Assembly (NCBI GenBank): GCA_044356455.1
Contig: JBIKWF010000091.1
Location: 1 to 18,352 of the forward strand
Origin: Bdellovibrionota bacterium
GTDB taxonomy: Bacteria > Bdellovibrionota_C > UBA2361 > JBGSMV01
Direction: 5' to 3'
Length of the DNA stretch: 18,352 nucleotides
Positions 17,245 through 18,352 of this stretch are shown here, piece after piece. The notes under the pieces were generated by a model. The model did not search any database. It had not been told where the DNA came from and saw nothing but the letters and a program-made list of their open reading frames with translations. The position numbers and the translations under genes are program-made. Each line of letters starts with the position of its first letter. The first letter of the stretch is position 1.

Positions 17245-17808
17245 ATGGCGTACGCAGATTGGGAAACTCTGGAAACAGATATCGCGGAACTAAAGGTGCT
17301 TTTTAATTTCTTAAAAGAGCACCGCGCGAATCCAAAGCGGGTCGATTACTCCCAGTATCCAGAAAACGAGAGAGCATATTGGAAGAGAGCTCATGAAAAT
17401 GGCGGAAAACATGGCCTCGCCGAGCTTTCTAGTTTCACGAGAGTAGATAAGAACAAAACAAAAAACGCGGAAGGGATTGAGGTTGGTTCTTACAGTCCGG
17501 GATGGACTTACTACCGCGGGCCTAAGGGCGAAGTTTCTTTTTCAACTAGCGGCGGCAACATCGTGAAGGGCTATAGGGCCTGCTATATTTATATTCCTAC
17601 TGACCCAACGTGGAGGCCTAGGGGCGAACCAAGAGGGGTTCTGGCTCGCCGCAGGCTCACTGAGGATGAGATAGATGAGGTGACAGCTCAAATCTACGAC
17701 ACGAATCTATTATTTGAGGTTAAGACTTATTTCACCTTTACCGCATTTGACGAGAGGAGCTTTCGCGCCCCTAGTGTAAATGGGCATCTTAAGTCTATTC
17801 CAAGATAG
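17245..17808 (+). CDS. Hypothetical protein (187 aa)
   Basis: ATG-initiated ORF with protein-like composition, co-oriented with its neighbours. No family recognised. Confidence 0.6.
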   Translation: MAYADWETLETDIAELKVLFNFLKEHRANPKRVDYSQYPENERAYWKRAHENGGKHGLAELSSFTRVDKNKTKNAEGIEVGSYSPGWTYYRGPKGEVSFSTSGGNIVKGYRACYIYIPTDPTWRPRGEPRGVLARRRLTEDEIDEVTAQIYDTNLLFEVKTYFTFTAFDERSFRAPSVNGHLKSIPR

Positions 17809-17944
17809 GGGGAGGCGGCTACTACGGGACGGAGCACGCTTGCAGCCTAGGTCCGAGGGGCTCATTTCTTAACCTGTCATCTATGGTATCATTCTCTGAC
17901 ATGGGGGGCTTTTCGTTGTTTAACGTGAGCCGGGGCATAAGAGT

Positions 17945-18352
17945 ATGGGCGTATTTGGCGTCAATAATTTTGACAATGACGCAGCATTAGACTGGTTAGC
18001 ACAGCTTGAAGAGGCAAAAGGGAGCTCCAGCAAATTCATTGAAGCGGCTGTTCGGGGTGGACTAGAGAACTGGGAGACTTTGCTCGCAGGTGCCGAAGTA
18101 GTTGCGGCATTATTCGGTCATCCCGCCAAAAAGCTTCCGGTCGAGTTGACTCTTTGGTTATCGAAGAACCAGCCGAAATTAAGTGATTCCCTGCGGGAAG
18201 AAACGTTTCTTGCGGTGAAGGTTGCCAAGGAGAATCCTGACCTCGCAAAGCAGTGGGTTGACTCGAGCGATCAGAAAAAGTGGGCTGCAGCCCAGAATAA
18301 CCTGCTTAAGCGCCTTAAGGCAGCTCCGCAGTCCCTTACAATAGATGAGAAA
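17945..18352 (+). CDS. DUF4259 domain protein (3'-partial)
   Basis: My translation: MGVFGVNNFDNDAALDWLAQLEE...LLAGAEVVAALFGHP...LAKQWVDSSDQKKWAAAQNNLLKRL. This matches the DUF4259 pattern MG.WG...FDND.ALDW...AAEVVAA...L.ELW......W...L..RL. Open to the window end and absent from the ORF track. Confidence 0.8.
   Translation, partial: MGVFGVNNFDNDAALDWLAQLEEAKGSSSKFIEAAVRGGLENWETLLAGAEVVAALFGHPAKKLPVELTLWLSKNQPKLSDSLREETFLAVKVAKENPDLAKQWVDSSDQKKWAAAQNNLLKRLKAAPQSLTIDEK

Noticed and set aside
16983..17838. Shared GGGGGAGGCG and CGGAGCACG words at ~16984-17037 and ~17808-17838
   Set aside because: The matches are short with different spacing and could be chance.

Overview
This is an 18.4 kb bacterial window of roughly 50% GC by eye, read in the standard genetic code. 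The gene content is reminiscent of Bdellovibrionota/deltaproteobacteria-like lineages (inference only). Left part, + strand: two tandem paralogous CHASE4-HAMP hybrid sensor histidine kinases (the first is 5'-truncated by the window and carries an Hpt domain), a plant-type dihydrodipicolinate reductase (dapB), and a secreted vWA protein with Cys/Asp-rich TSP3-like repeats. Middle: two direct copies of a ~110 bp CTAG-flanked miniature inverted-repeat element (MITE-like), each with an NrdR-box-like palindrome. They bracket a 23-bp perfect hairpin and one long membrane-protein reading frame split by an in-frame TGA. The second copy supplies the last codons and stop of a convergent ArnT/PMT-type glycosyltransferase, which lies downstream of a GT9 glycosyltransferase on the minus strand. 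Right part: an AstE/AspA-family Zn hydrolase, then an accessory region with a truncated IS91/ISCR transposase N-terminus, a signal-peptide hypothetical, a second unrelated 106 bp inverted-repeat element, a hypothetical, and a DUF4259 gene running off the end (missing from the ORF track). I saw no rRNA, tRNA or CRISPR array. The most novel-looking signal is the small-repeat/MITE architecture at 8.2-10.2 kb. I cannot show from the sequence alone that it is a new functional system.
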